Source: Candidatus Pacearchaeota archaeon
GTDB lineage: Archaea > Nanobdellota > Nanobdellia > UBA10117 > JABICX01
Reading direction: 5' to 3'
Assembly: GCA_017608025.1 (NCBI GenBank)
Contig: JAFCGM010000004.1
Location: 90,744-154,743, forward strand
Length of the DNA stretch: 64,000 bases
A model generated the notes under the pieces. It worked only from the letters and a program-made list of their open reading frames with translations, had not been told where the DNA came from and did no database searches. Positions 39,024 to 46,814 of the stretch are shown here, piece after piece. Positions within the stretch are counted from its first letter, which is position 1. The number at the start of each line of letters is the position of its first letter. A program made the translations under genes and the position numbers.

Positions 39024-40099
39024 TGGCAAAAAAAACAAAACCTGAAAAAAAAGAGGAAAAAATTTCAGAAGAAATTGCAGAAAACAATCCAGAAGAAAAA
39101 GCAAAACAAAAAAAAGAATCTGATGAAATAAAAGAAAAAGAAAAAGTAGCTACAATGAAAATCGAGGACTTACCTGGAGTTGGTCCGGCAACTGTTGAAA
39201 AGCTAAAGGAAGCAGGTTATTTAGACTTAATGAGTCTAGCAGCAGCCCCTTCTCGTGAACTTGCAGACATAGCAGGAATGACTGAATCTGGAGCAGGAAA
39301 AGTTATTGTTGCTGCAAGAAAAGCTCTTAAAATTGATTTCATGACAGGAGATGAATTATCTTCAAAAAGAAAAAGTATTGAAAGAATATCAACTGGAAGC
39401 CAGGAATTTAACAAGCTTATTGGTGGGGGAATTGAAACACAAGGTCTGTTTGAATGCTTTGGTGAATATGGTTCTGGAAAATCCCAACTAGCAATGCAGT
39501 TGGCAGTTATGGCTCAGCTTCCAAAAGAAAACGGAGGTCTCAACAGTGATGTAATTTACATTGACACAGAAAACACATTCCGGCCAGAAAGAATAAAGCA
39601 AATAGCAGAAGCGCAAGGCCTTGACTCTAAAAAAGTATTGAAAAGAATAATGGTAGCTCGGGCATTCACATCAGATCATCAAATGCTGCTTGCAGAAAAA
39701 ATTGACAGTATGATTCGTGAAAAGAATATACACGTAAGGCTTGTAATAGTAGATTCCTTAACTTCATTATTCAGAACAGAATATTCTGGAAGAGGAACTC
39801 TCGCCACAAGACAGCAAAAACTTAATCGACATCTTCACACTCTGCAGAGAATCGCAGACATACACAACATAGCAGTTTACGTAACAAACCAAGTAATGGC
39901 TCGGCCAGACATTTTCTTTGGAAACCCAACAGCAGCAATAGGAGGTCATGTTCTAGGGCATGCCTGCCAGTTCAGAGTTTACCTTAGAAAAAGCAAAGGA
40001 GACAAAAGAATCGCCCGCTTAATAGACTCTCCATATTTACCAGAAGGCGAAGCAATCTTCAGAGTAACTGAAAAAGGAATTGAAGATATTAAGTCCTAA
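39023..40099 (+). CDS. radA: DNA repair and recombination protein RadA, with a Lys/Glu-rich N-terminal extension or an alternative start at 39155.
   Basis: HhH ([13 protein letters not shown]), Walker [10 protein letters not shown], RecA core. 358 aa. Confidence 0.9.
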   Translation: MAKKTKPEKKEEKISEEIAENNPEEKAKQKKESDEIKEKEKVATMKIEDLPGVGPATVEKLKEAGYLDLMSLAAAPSRELADIAGMTESGAGKVIVAARKALKIDFMTGDELSSKRKSIERISTGSQEFNKLIGGGIETQGLFECFGEYGSGKSQLAMQLAVMAQLPKENGGLNSDVIYIDTENTFRPERIKQIAEAQGLDSKKVLKRIMVARAFTSDHQMLLAEKIDSMIREKNIHVRLVIVDSLTSLFRTEYSGRGTLATRQQKLNRHLHTLQRIADIHNIAVYVTNQVMARPDIFFGNPTAAIGGHVLGHACQFRVYLRKSKGDKRIARLIDSPYLPEGEAIFRVTEKGIEDIKS

Positions 40100-40440
40100 C
40101 TTGTGTTAAGCAATCACTTTTTTGATGAAACTTTTTCTAAAATTTCAATTTTTTGCAAGCTTTCTTTCTAAGAAAGCTTTGGGAATGAAAACACTTTTTA
40201 AAGGGTTTTCTGTAACTGAAAAAGGAATTGAAGATGTTAAGTCTTAATTACAGGTATCGTATTTTGTTTACCTGTTGAAAGTGCCAGCTGATTTTGCAGC
40301 TGGAAGATGTTAAGTCTTAATTACAGGTATCGTATTTTGTTTACCTGTTGAAAGTGCCAGCTGATTTTGCAGCTGGAAGATGCTAAATCCTAACTTATAT
40401 TAAGCAATCCATTTTTTTAATGAAACTTTTTCTAAAAGAG
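40066..40440 (+). repeat. Nested/tandem array downstream of radA: four direct copies of the radA 3' end (40066-40099, 40214-40247, 40303-40320, 40376-40393). They are separated by a ~95-bp family element and by two copies of a 55-bp two-hairpin module (40248-40302 and 40321-40375; period 73 bp).
   Basis: Copies ...gaagat(a/g)ttaagtc(c/t)taa. Module ttaCAGGTAtcgtattttgttTACCTGttgaaagtgcCAGCTGattttgCAGCTG with two perfect stems. Confidence 0.65.
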
Positions 40441-40473
40441 AATCTTTTTATTTTTCTCTGAGTTTATTAGTTC

Positions 40474-41349
40474 ATGTTCATAATTTACATCTTAACTGCA
40501 ATAGCTGTTATATATACTTTAGTCGGAGCTTACACAGACATACGCTGGCGTATTTTTCCTGACTATTTAAGCTATTCTTTAATTCTTTTCGGCCTCTTTG
40601 GAAATCTTTTCTTGTCAATAGAAACAGGAAATAGTGCTTTTTTCGCAAATTCAGTGCTTTTCCTTATTCTTGCCTTTTCAATTGGATATTTTCTGTCTTA
40701 CTTTGGTTTGTGGGGAATGGGTGATACAAAAATACTGGCTGGTTTTGCTGCGGTTTTTTCAATCTGGCCGTCTTTCCAGTCATTTCCATTATTTCAAGCC
40801 CCATGGCCTTTTGTAGTAACAATTTGGCTTAATGCTGTATTGCTTGCGCCTTTCCTTGCTGTTGCTTTCATGACTTTCCATATAATAAAAAACAGAAAAA
40901 AGCTTCTGATATTAATAAGAAAAAAATTCCAAAAATACAGAAAAGTAACATATATATTTGCAGCTTCTCTCGTGCTTTTTTCAATAATTTATTTTACGAC
41001 TCCTGTGTATGGTTTGTATTTTTTGGTTTTATGGGCGTTTGCAATTCTTTTCACATACTTTTCAATCCTTGCAAAGATAATGGATTCAAATATCTATGAA
41101 CTGAAAAAACCGTCTGAATTAATTGAAGGAGACTATCCTATCGAACTGAAATTAAAAATACCTGGAAAGCTAAAAAAATGGGGTCTTGAAAAAAATCAAA
41201 TAAATTACATAAAAAGTCACACAAAAAAGCAACTTAAAATAAAAAGAGGATTTCCAATGATTGTAGCATATGCATTTTCCTTGTTGATTTCCTTATTTTC
41301 AGGAGACCTTACCTACAAAATAATTTATTCTTTAATTCATATAATTTAA
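40474..41349 (+). CDS. Type IV prepilin/preflagellin peptidase (A24 family, PibD/FlaK-like).
   Basis: Catalytic Asp motifs YTDIRWRIFPD and WGMGDTKIL in a polytopic membrane protein. Confidence 0.65.
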   Translation: MFIIYILTAIAVIYTLVGAYTDIRWRIFPDYLSYSLILFGLFGNLFLSIETGNSAFFANSVLFLILAFSIGYFLSYFGLWGMGDTKILAGFAAVFSIWPSFQSFPLFQAPWPFVVTIWLNAVLLAPFLAVAFMTFHIIKNRKKLLILIRKKFQKYRKVTYIFAASLVLFSIIYFTTPVYGLYFLVLWAFAILFTYFSILAKIMDSNIYELKKPSELIEGDYPIELKLKIPGKLKKWGLEKNQINYIKSHTKKQLKIKRGFPMIVAYAFSLLISLFSGDLTYKIIYSLIHII

Positions 41350-41414
41350 AGTAAGTATCACAAAATATAAATACCAGTAAATAGATATATGAATATAAAA
41401 AAGAGGTTAAAAGC

Positions 41415-41708
41415 ATGCTAGCACCAATACAATATGTATTCCTAGGAGTAATTGGTTTTGCTGCGTTGATGTGGGCTCTTTCAAGTATGGGTGTGATTGA
41501 AGCGCGTGACCACGAACTCTACAACCAAAGAAAAAGGCATTTGCGGATGGCTGAAAACACAATTGAAAGAACATACTATTATTTGAAACATATTCCAAAA
41601 GAATCACGTTCAGATGTTTTCAAGCATCTTGATCGCGGACTTTTAAGTTATGCCTATACCAACGCAAAAACTAAACATGACGTTTACAACTTTTTCAAAA
41701 GTATGTAA
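41415..41708 (+). CDS. Hypothetical protein with an N-terminal TM anchor.
   Basis: ORF only. Confidence 0.3.
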   Translation: MLAPIQYVFLGVIGFAALMWALSSMGVIEARDHELYNQRKRHLRMAENTIERTYYYLKHIPKESRSDVFKHLDRGLLSYAYTNAKTKHDVYNFFKSM

Positions 41709-41738
41709 GCGCCACTTTTTATTGTTTTTATTTAAATA

Positions 41739-42431
41739 TTAAGGAAGAATTCTTTTTGCTTTTAGTTTGTTCCTAAACTCTTCACTGAAAATACCAGTTA
41801 CTTTATTTTCTTTTTTCTCAGAAGCATTTGTTTTTTTGTCAGCATCGGGCTTATTTGCGCTCCCTTCTGGCGCTTGCAACACTTGCTGTTCTGTCTCAGT
41901 TTTGTTTTTTGGTTTAAAATAAACTCTTTTCATTCCCTCTGAAATTGCCTCTGAAATAGTCTTCATTTCTTCATCTGTAACCTCTTTAATTCGCTCTTTA
42001 AAGTCTGTTGCTAAGTCGTTTTTCATTGTTGGAATAATGTGAATATGAACATGAGGCACAGCTTGACCAGCGCTTGAACCATTCCTTTGTGTAATCAAAA
42101 TTCCTGTTGCATTCATTAATTCAAAAACAACTGGAGCAATTCTCTTTGCAATAACAAACAAATGAGAAACAATCTCATCTGGAGTTTGAGTAATTAAGGA
42201 GTAATGCTTCTTAGGAACAACAAGAACATGACCTTTGTTTATTGGCTGAATATCTAAAAAAGCAATAACATAATTATCTTCATAGACTTTGTAACTTGGA
42301 ACATCTCCTTTGACAATCTTGCAGAAAAGGCACTGCTTCTGAATTAATTCATTAATCTCTTCCGGAGACATTTGCTTAAGCTTCTCCTCGTACGCTTTCC
42401 TTTGCTCAAAAGTCATTTCTTGCTCTGCCAT
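41739..42431 (-). CDS. HIT-family (HINT-like) nucleotide hydrolase with a Lys-rich C-terminal tail.
   Basis: HVHIHIIP histidine triad. Confidence 0.8.
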   Translation of the reverse strand: MAEQEMTFEQRKAYEEKLKQMSPEEINELIQKQCLFCKIVKGDVPSYKVYEDNYVIAFLDIQPINKGHVLVVPKKHYSLITQTPDEIVSHLFVIAKRIAPVVFELMNATGILITQRNGSSAGQAVPHVHIHIIPTMKNDLATDFKERIKEVTDEEMKTISEAISEGMKRVYFKPKNKTETEQQVLQAPEGSANKPDADKKTNASEKKENKVTGIFSEEFRNKLKAKRILP

Positions 42432-42470
42432 GTTAATATCTAAAAAATAAAGATTTTAAGTGTTTTTATT

Positions 42471-43946
42471 TCAAATTCTAAACTTAACCACAATCTTAGG
42501 ACCATCTTCAGAATCCTGAATCTCATATCCTTTTGAAGCCAGCTCATCTCTAATTTTGTCTGCCTTTTCCCAGTCTTTGTTTTTTCTTGCTTTTTCTCTC
42601 TCATCAACTTTATTTAAAATCTCTTTTGGAATTTCTTCCTTATAATCCAAAACACCTAAAACAGAATCAAATTTCTCAAGTTCCTGAAGCAAAATTTTTG
42701 CTCCTTTTTTGCTCAGCTCCTTTTTTGAAATAAGCTTATTTCCTTCAGAAATCATCTCAAAAATAAAAGCAATTCCTTTTGAAATATTAAGGTCGTTGTC
42801 CATTGCTTTTTCAAATTCCTTTCTTGTGTTTTTTGAAAGAACTACTCCGTCATTCTTGCCATTGCTATTGTAATTTTCCAAATCTTTCTTAAAGGAAAGA
42901 ATCTTCTGCAAGGCTTTGTTTGAAGCCTGAAATGAATCAAATGTAAAATTAAATGGTTTCCGATAATGCTTTGAAAGCAGAAAAAATCTGAACTGTTGTG
43001 GAGTAAACCCTCTCTTGTATATATCTTCTGGAGTGTAAAAATTACCTGTCCTTTTGCTCATCTTCTCTCCTTCAACAAACAAGTGCCTTACATGCATCCA
43101 AAAATTTGAAAAATCTTTTCCAGTAGCGCCTTTTGTCTGGGCAATCTCTGCCTCATGATGTGGAAATATATTATCTTCTCCGCCAGTGTGAATATCAATT
43201 GTCTCAAATTTTTTTGGATAAAATTTTCCTTTTGAAAAGCAGTTTGACAAATATTTCATTGCCATAACCGAACATTCAATATGCCATCCAGGATACCCGT
43301 GGTCATTCCATGGAGACGACCACCACATTAAATGATCTGGATCATTAACCCACAGCGAAAAATCATAAAAATGCCTCTTTTCTTTGTTTGAATCTACATC
43401 CCGTCCAGACTTGCCTTCCTCAAGTTTTTCAATAGTATTTCCTGAAAGCTTTCCATACTCTGGAAATTTTGAAATATCATAATAAACGCTTCCATTAACT
43501 TCATAAGCAAGTTTCTTTTTAAGCAAAACAGAAATAACTTGCTGCATTTCCTTTATATGGTCTGTTGCTCTTGGTCGATGATATGGCTTTTTAAGATTAA
43601 GCTTTTCGCATTCCTTTTCAAATGCATTTTCATAAAACCGAGCAATTTCTTCTGGAGAAATTTTTTCTTTCTTGGCTTTTTTCTGAATCTTGTCTTCTCC
43701 TTTTTCCAAATCATCATCAGACAAATGCCCTACATCAGTAATATTCATAACCTGCTTAACTTCAAAACCCTTATATTCCAAATACCGTCGCAAAACATCT
43801 GCAAAAACAAAGCTACGAAAATTGCCAATATGCGCATAATCATAAACTGTTGGTCCGCAATTGTACATTCTCACAACGTTTCCCTTAACTGGTTTGAAAT
43901 TCTCAAGTTTTTTAGAATAAGTATTGTAAAACCTAAGACTCATCAT
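42471..43946 (-). CDS. cysS: Cysteinyl-tRNA synthetase.
   Basis: HIGN (HIGH) and KMSKR (KMSKS) motifs, 491 aa. Confidence 0.9.
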   Translation of the reverse strand: MMSLRFYNTYSKKLENFKPVKGNVVRMYNCGPTVYDYAHIGNFRSFVFADVLRRYLEYKGFEVKQVMNITDVGHLSDDDLEKGEDKIQKKAKKEKISPEEIARFYENAFEKECEKLNLKKPYHRPRATDHIKEMQQVISVLLKKKLAYEVNGSVYYDISKFPEYGKLSGNTIEKLEEGKSGRDVDSNKEKRHFYDFSLWVNDPDHLMWWSSPWNDHGYPGWHIECSVMAMKYLSNCFSKGKFYPKKFETIDIHTGGEDNIFPHHEAEIAQTKGATGKDFSNFWMHVRHLFVEGEKMSKRTGNFYTPEDIYKRGFTPQQFRFFLLSKHYRKPFNFTFDSFQASNKALQKILSFKKDLENYNSNGKNDGVVLSKNTRKEFEKAMDNDLNISKGIAFIFEMISEGNKLISKKELSKKGAKILLQELEKFDSVLGVLDYKEEIPKEILNKVDEREKARKNKDWEKADKIRDELASKGYEIQDSEDGPKIVVKFRI

Positions 43947-44112
43947 TTTCCTCCTTTATATTTTCAACACTATTTTTTGGATGAAACTTTTTTTCAAAAC
44001 CCAAAACAGGAATATCAAAATCAACTGACAACTCAATATCCTTTTTTAAAAAACTCAAAAAATCTTCTTGATTAACAAACTCTTTTTTCAAAAGTTCTAA
44101 ATCACAAAAAAA

Positions 44113-44185
44113 GCACGGGGCGGGATTTGAACCCGCAATCTTACGGGCTGCAACCGTACGCCTTACCGGATTTGGCCACCCGTGC
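44113..44185 (-). tRNA. tRNA-Cys (anticodon GCA).
   Basis: Minus-strand cloverleaf GCACGGG-TG-GCC..GGC-G-TACGG-TTGCAGC-CCGTA-AGATT-GCGGG-TTCAAAT-CCCGC-CCCGTGC. 73 nt, directly upstream of cysS on the same strand. Confidence 0.85.
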
Positions 44186-44212
44186 AATTCTTGCCAAATT
44201 TCCTCCTTGTAC

Positions 44213-44219
44213 TTTAAAA
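44213..44219 (-). promoter_or_regulatory. TATA-like box (minus-strand TTTTAAA) about 28-34 nt upstream of tRNA-Cys.
   Basis: AT-rich box at the archaeal TATA distance from the mature tRNA 5' end. Confidence 0.35.
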
Positions 44220-44286
44220 CTAAATTGTTTTCCTCAGCAAAATTCAAGAACTCGTTATCTATCTTTAAATTCTTAAGCTGTACAGG

Positions 44287-44543
44287 GATGCTCACCCTTA
44301 CATTCCATTTTAATTTACCTTGATTTTCCGTGAACACTTTTCTTAAAAGGGTTCTTGTTTTTTTGATGAAACTTTTTCTAAAAGTTTCCGTGAACACTTT
44401 TCTTAAAAGGGTTCTTGTTTTTTTGATGAAACTTTTTCTAAAAGTTTCCGTGAACACTTTTGCAGGCATCGTATTTTATTCGCCTGCTCAGAGTGCCAGC
44501 TGATCTCTCAGCTGTGGTGCTCACCCTTACATTCCATTTTAAT
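44287..44543 (+). repeat. Repeat locus upstream of tRNA-Cys. 25-bp direct repeats (44290-44314 and 44519-44543) flank two and a fraction tandem 60-bp units (44325-44384, 44385-44444) plus one 52-bp two-hairpin module (44462-44513).
   Basis: Unit tttccgtgaacacttttcttaaaagggttcttgtttttttgatgaaactttttctaaaag. Module GCAGGCatcgtattttattcGCCTGCtcagagtgcCAGCTGatctctCAGCTG. Confidence 0.65.
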
Positions 44544-44599
44544 CTCAGATATTTATTTATATTAAATCTTGCCTTTTAAAAACCTTTGGGTGATCGTAA

Positions 44600-44914
44600 T
44601 CAAAAAAAAGAGCTTGCTCTCCTTAATATCAAGTAAAGTGAAATAGCAATCAGCAATGCTGGCCAGAAAACTTGTTCAGAGACATAACCCAAATTCTTCA
44701 AAAGCCAAAACAAGGCAATTATAAGCAAAATTGACGGTATAAATCCAACTCCTCTTCCTCTAAAAAGATGCGTGTATCTCATAACTGGAACATTTTTCGG
44801 AATTTTAATTGAAACACCAGGAAACCGAATATCTTCATCAAACTCCTGCCAGTTTGCATCAATATCTCTTTTTTTATTTGTCTTTCTTTTTTTAAGCTTT
44901 TTATTAAATACCAT
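44600..44914 (-). CDS. Hypothetical small membrane protein with a basic N-terminus and two TM helices.
   Basis: ORF only. Confidence 0.3.
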   Translation of the reverse strand: MVFNKKLKKRKTNKKRDIDANWQEFDEDIRFPGVSIKIPKNVPVMRYTHLFRGRGVGFIPSILLIIALFWLLKNLGYVSEQVFWPALLIAISLYLILRRASSFF

Positions 44915-44984
44915 AAGAATAAAACTAAACTAAAGTTTTTAAAAATTTCTAAACAAAAAATTTAAAATCAAGAAACTATTAACT

Positions 44985-45308
44985 ATGTTAAAAATGGAAT
45001 TTCCCTGTGAAATTGTTGCTAACAAAATCCTACCTTCAGTTAAATGCGAACTTGCAAAAACCCTAAAGAAAAAAGGCGTGACTCAAAGAAAAATAGCGCA
45101 GTATCTTAACCTTACAGAAGCTGCAGTTTCTCAATATTTGTCTGGAAAAAGAGCAAAAGACTATAAAATACCTGAAAAAATAAAGCCAATGTTTGAGCTT
45201 GTTGCAAAAGCAATTTTTAAAAAACAAAGCAAAGATGTAATGGTTTTTGGAATAAGTGAAATATGCAAAGCAATTAGAAAACTAGAAAATATTGACTTTA
45301 AATGTTAA
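44985..45308 (+). CDS. HTH-type transcriptional regulator (small).
   Basis: Helix-turn-helix GVTQRKIAQYLNLTEAAVSQYLSGKR. Confidence 0.45.
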   Translation: MLKMEFPCEIVANKILPSVKCELAKTLKKKGVTQRKIAQYLNLTEAAVSQYLSGKRAKDYKIPEKIKPMFELVAKAIFKKQSKDVMVFGISEICKAIRKLENIDFKC

Positions 45309-45351
45309 TTTTTTGATAAAAATTTCAATAAAACAGCTTCACTTTAAAAAT

Positions 45352-45774
45352 TCACAAAAAGAAGATTATAACAAAAACCAGAATTATAAATATTATTCTC
45401 TCAATTAATCCACCGCTTTTAATTCCCCAACTAAGTCTATATCTTATTGGATAAATTGGATGTATTCCGTGCAAAGTAATCATGTCTCCTAAAAGATGTG
45501 TAAAGTAACCTATAGAAAATGCAATTAAAAACGGAAAAGCAGGCTTTATTACAAACGCCAAAATCAACGCCAGAACAGGAAGGTAAATTGTATGCGTTAT
45601 TCCTCGGTGTTGAAATACGTTAAATCTATGGTCAATATCTGGAAATGCAGTTCCAATAATCAAACCAATTGAAAACAAAAATTTTGAAAAAATATCTGCA
45701 ATAGCTAATGGAAAAATCCTAATGAATATCATTCCAAAAATTAATCCTAAAAGCAAATGTGTTTTTCCATTCAT
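45352..45774 (-). CDS. Membrane-bound metal-dependent hydrolase-like protein (DUF457/YdjM-like).
   Basis: His-rich motifs (PDIDHR, RGITH, HLLGD) in a 4-TM protein. Confidence 0.4.
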   Translation of the reverse strand: MNGKTHLLLGLIFGMIFIRIFPLAIADIFSKFLFSIGLIIGTAFPDIDHRFNVFQHRGITHTIYLPVLALILAFVIKPAFPFLIAFSIGYFTHLLGDMITLHGIHPIYPIRYRLSWGIKSGGLIERIIFIILVFVIIFFL

Positions 45775-46007
45775 TTTTTATTTCGCCGGATGCTTTTAGT
45801 TGTAGCAAGCATCTCTGGTGCTCTCTCAAGAGCAAACTCTTCAGCAAGCGCTTCAAAACCATATTTAAGGAAAAGCTTAACAACATTCCTTGCCGACTCT
45901 TTTTCTTGTTCAGAGCGTATCTTTCTCATATACTCTGCCTTTTTCTGCTTAACATAACTGCGTTGATTATATTCTTTCATGTACTGTTTTTTTCCTTCTG
46001 AAACCAT
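45771..46007 (-). CDS. Small basic hypothetical protein.
   Basis: ORF only, Lys/Arg-rich. Confidence 0.25.
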   Translation of the reverse strand: MVSEGKKQYMKEYNQRSYVKQKKAEYMRKIRSEQEKESARNVVKLFLKYGFEALAEEFALERAPEMLATTKSIRRNKK

Positions 46008-46097
46008 TTCATCTGCAACTTCTCATAACCACTCTTCATTCCTTTCTAAAGAAAGGATATCTATTATATTCTCTCTTAAATAAACTATTTAATAGTT

Positions 46098-46814
46098 ATG
46101 ATTAAAGAAAAAATCATGCCAAAATTGAAAACAGGAGCAAAACCTCTTGATGTAATGCTTAATGGCGGAATAGAAAATGGAATTATAAGCACAGTCTATG
46201 GTCCAGCTGGCTCTGGAAAAACAAACATAGGGCTAATTGCAGCAGCAAATGCTGAAAAAGAAGGTAATGTTATTTTTATAGATACTGAAAGCTCTTTTTC
46301 TATGGAAAGATATTATCAAATTTCTGGAAAAAGAAAACTGGATAACATAGAGCTTATTGAACCAGTTGAATTTGAAGAGCAAAAAAAAGTTATAAGAAAT
46401 TTAAGGGAAAAAGTAAATGAAAAAGAAATAAAATTAATTGTTATTGACTCCTTAACTATGCTCTACAGATTGGAGCGTTCAGAAAATCATGAAGAAGTGA
46501 ATTTGGAACTAACAAAACAGCTCTCGATTTTGTCATCAATTGCAAGAAAAAAGAACATAGCAATTCTTGTAACAAACCAAGTTTATTCTGATTTTGAGAA
46601 AAAAGGTTCAATTAAAATGGTTGGTGGGGACATCTTAAAATATTGGAGTAAATGCATTGTCCGTCTTGACAAAAAAGAAGGACTTAGTAACATACGAAAA
46701 GCCACTTTAGTGAAGCACCGCTCTTTACCTGAAAATCGTAGTTTTTATTTCAAAATTACGCAATTTGGAATTGAAGAAACTCAGCCAGAAAAAAAGAAAA
46801 TTAATCTTTTTTAG
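46098..46814 (+). CDS. radB: DNA repair protein RadB.
   Basis: Walker A GPAGSGKTN, RecA core without an N-terminal HhH, 238 aa. Confidence 0.8.
   Translation: MIKEKIMPKLKTGAKPLDVMLNGGIENGIISTVYGPAGSGKTNIGLIAAANAEKEGNVIFIDTESSFSMERYYQISGKRKLDNIELIEPVEFEEQKKVIRNLREKVNEKEIKLIVIDSLTMLYRLERSENHEEVNLELTKQLSILSSIARKKNIAILVTNQVYSDFEKKGSIKMVGGDILKYWSKCIVRLDKKEGLSNIRKATLVKHRSLPENRSFYFKITQFGIEETQPEKKKINLF

Noticed and set aside
40118-40220. C/D-box sRNA: the recurring motif contains TGATGA (C-box-like) and a CTGA occurs downstream.
   Set aside because: The C-box is preceded by U rather than a purine. The nearest CTGA is ~90 nt away and lies within a duplicated radA tail. There are no C'/D' boxes at sRNA spacing.
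40248-40393. Possible CRISPR array: regularly spaced direct repeats with hairpins at radA, at tRNA-Cys (44325-44444) and near lonB (52979-53152).
   Set aside because: The units are contiguous tandem copies with no unique spacers. The 'spacers' are copies of adjacent gene ends. No cas genes or leader are present.
43933-44469. 178-aa minus-strand ORF with an internally duplicated peptide (KVFTETFRKSFIKKTRTLLR twice).
   Set aside because: It is a translation of the 60-bp tandem DNA repeats and runs antisense across tRNA-Cys. No coding signal is present. Treated as spurious.
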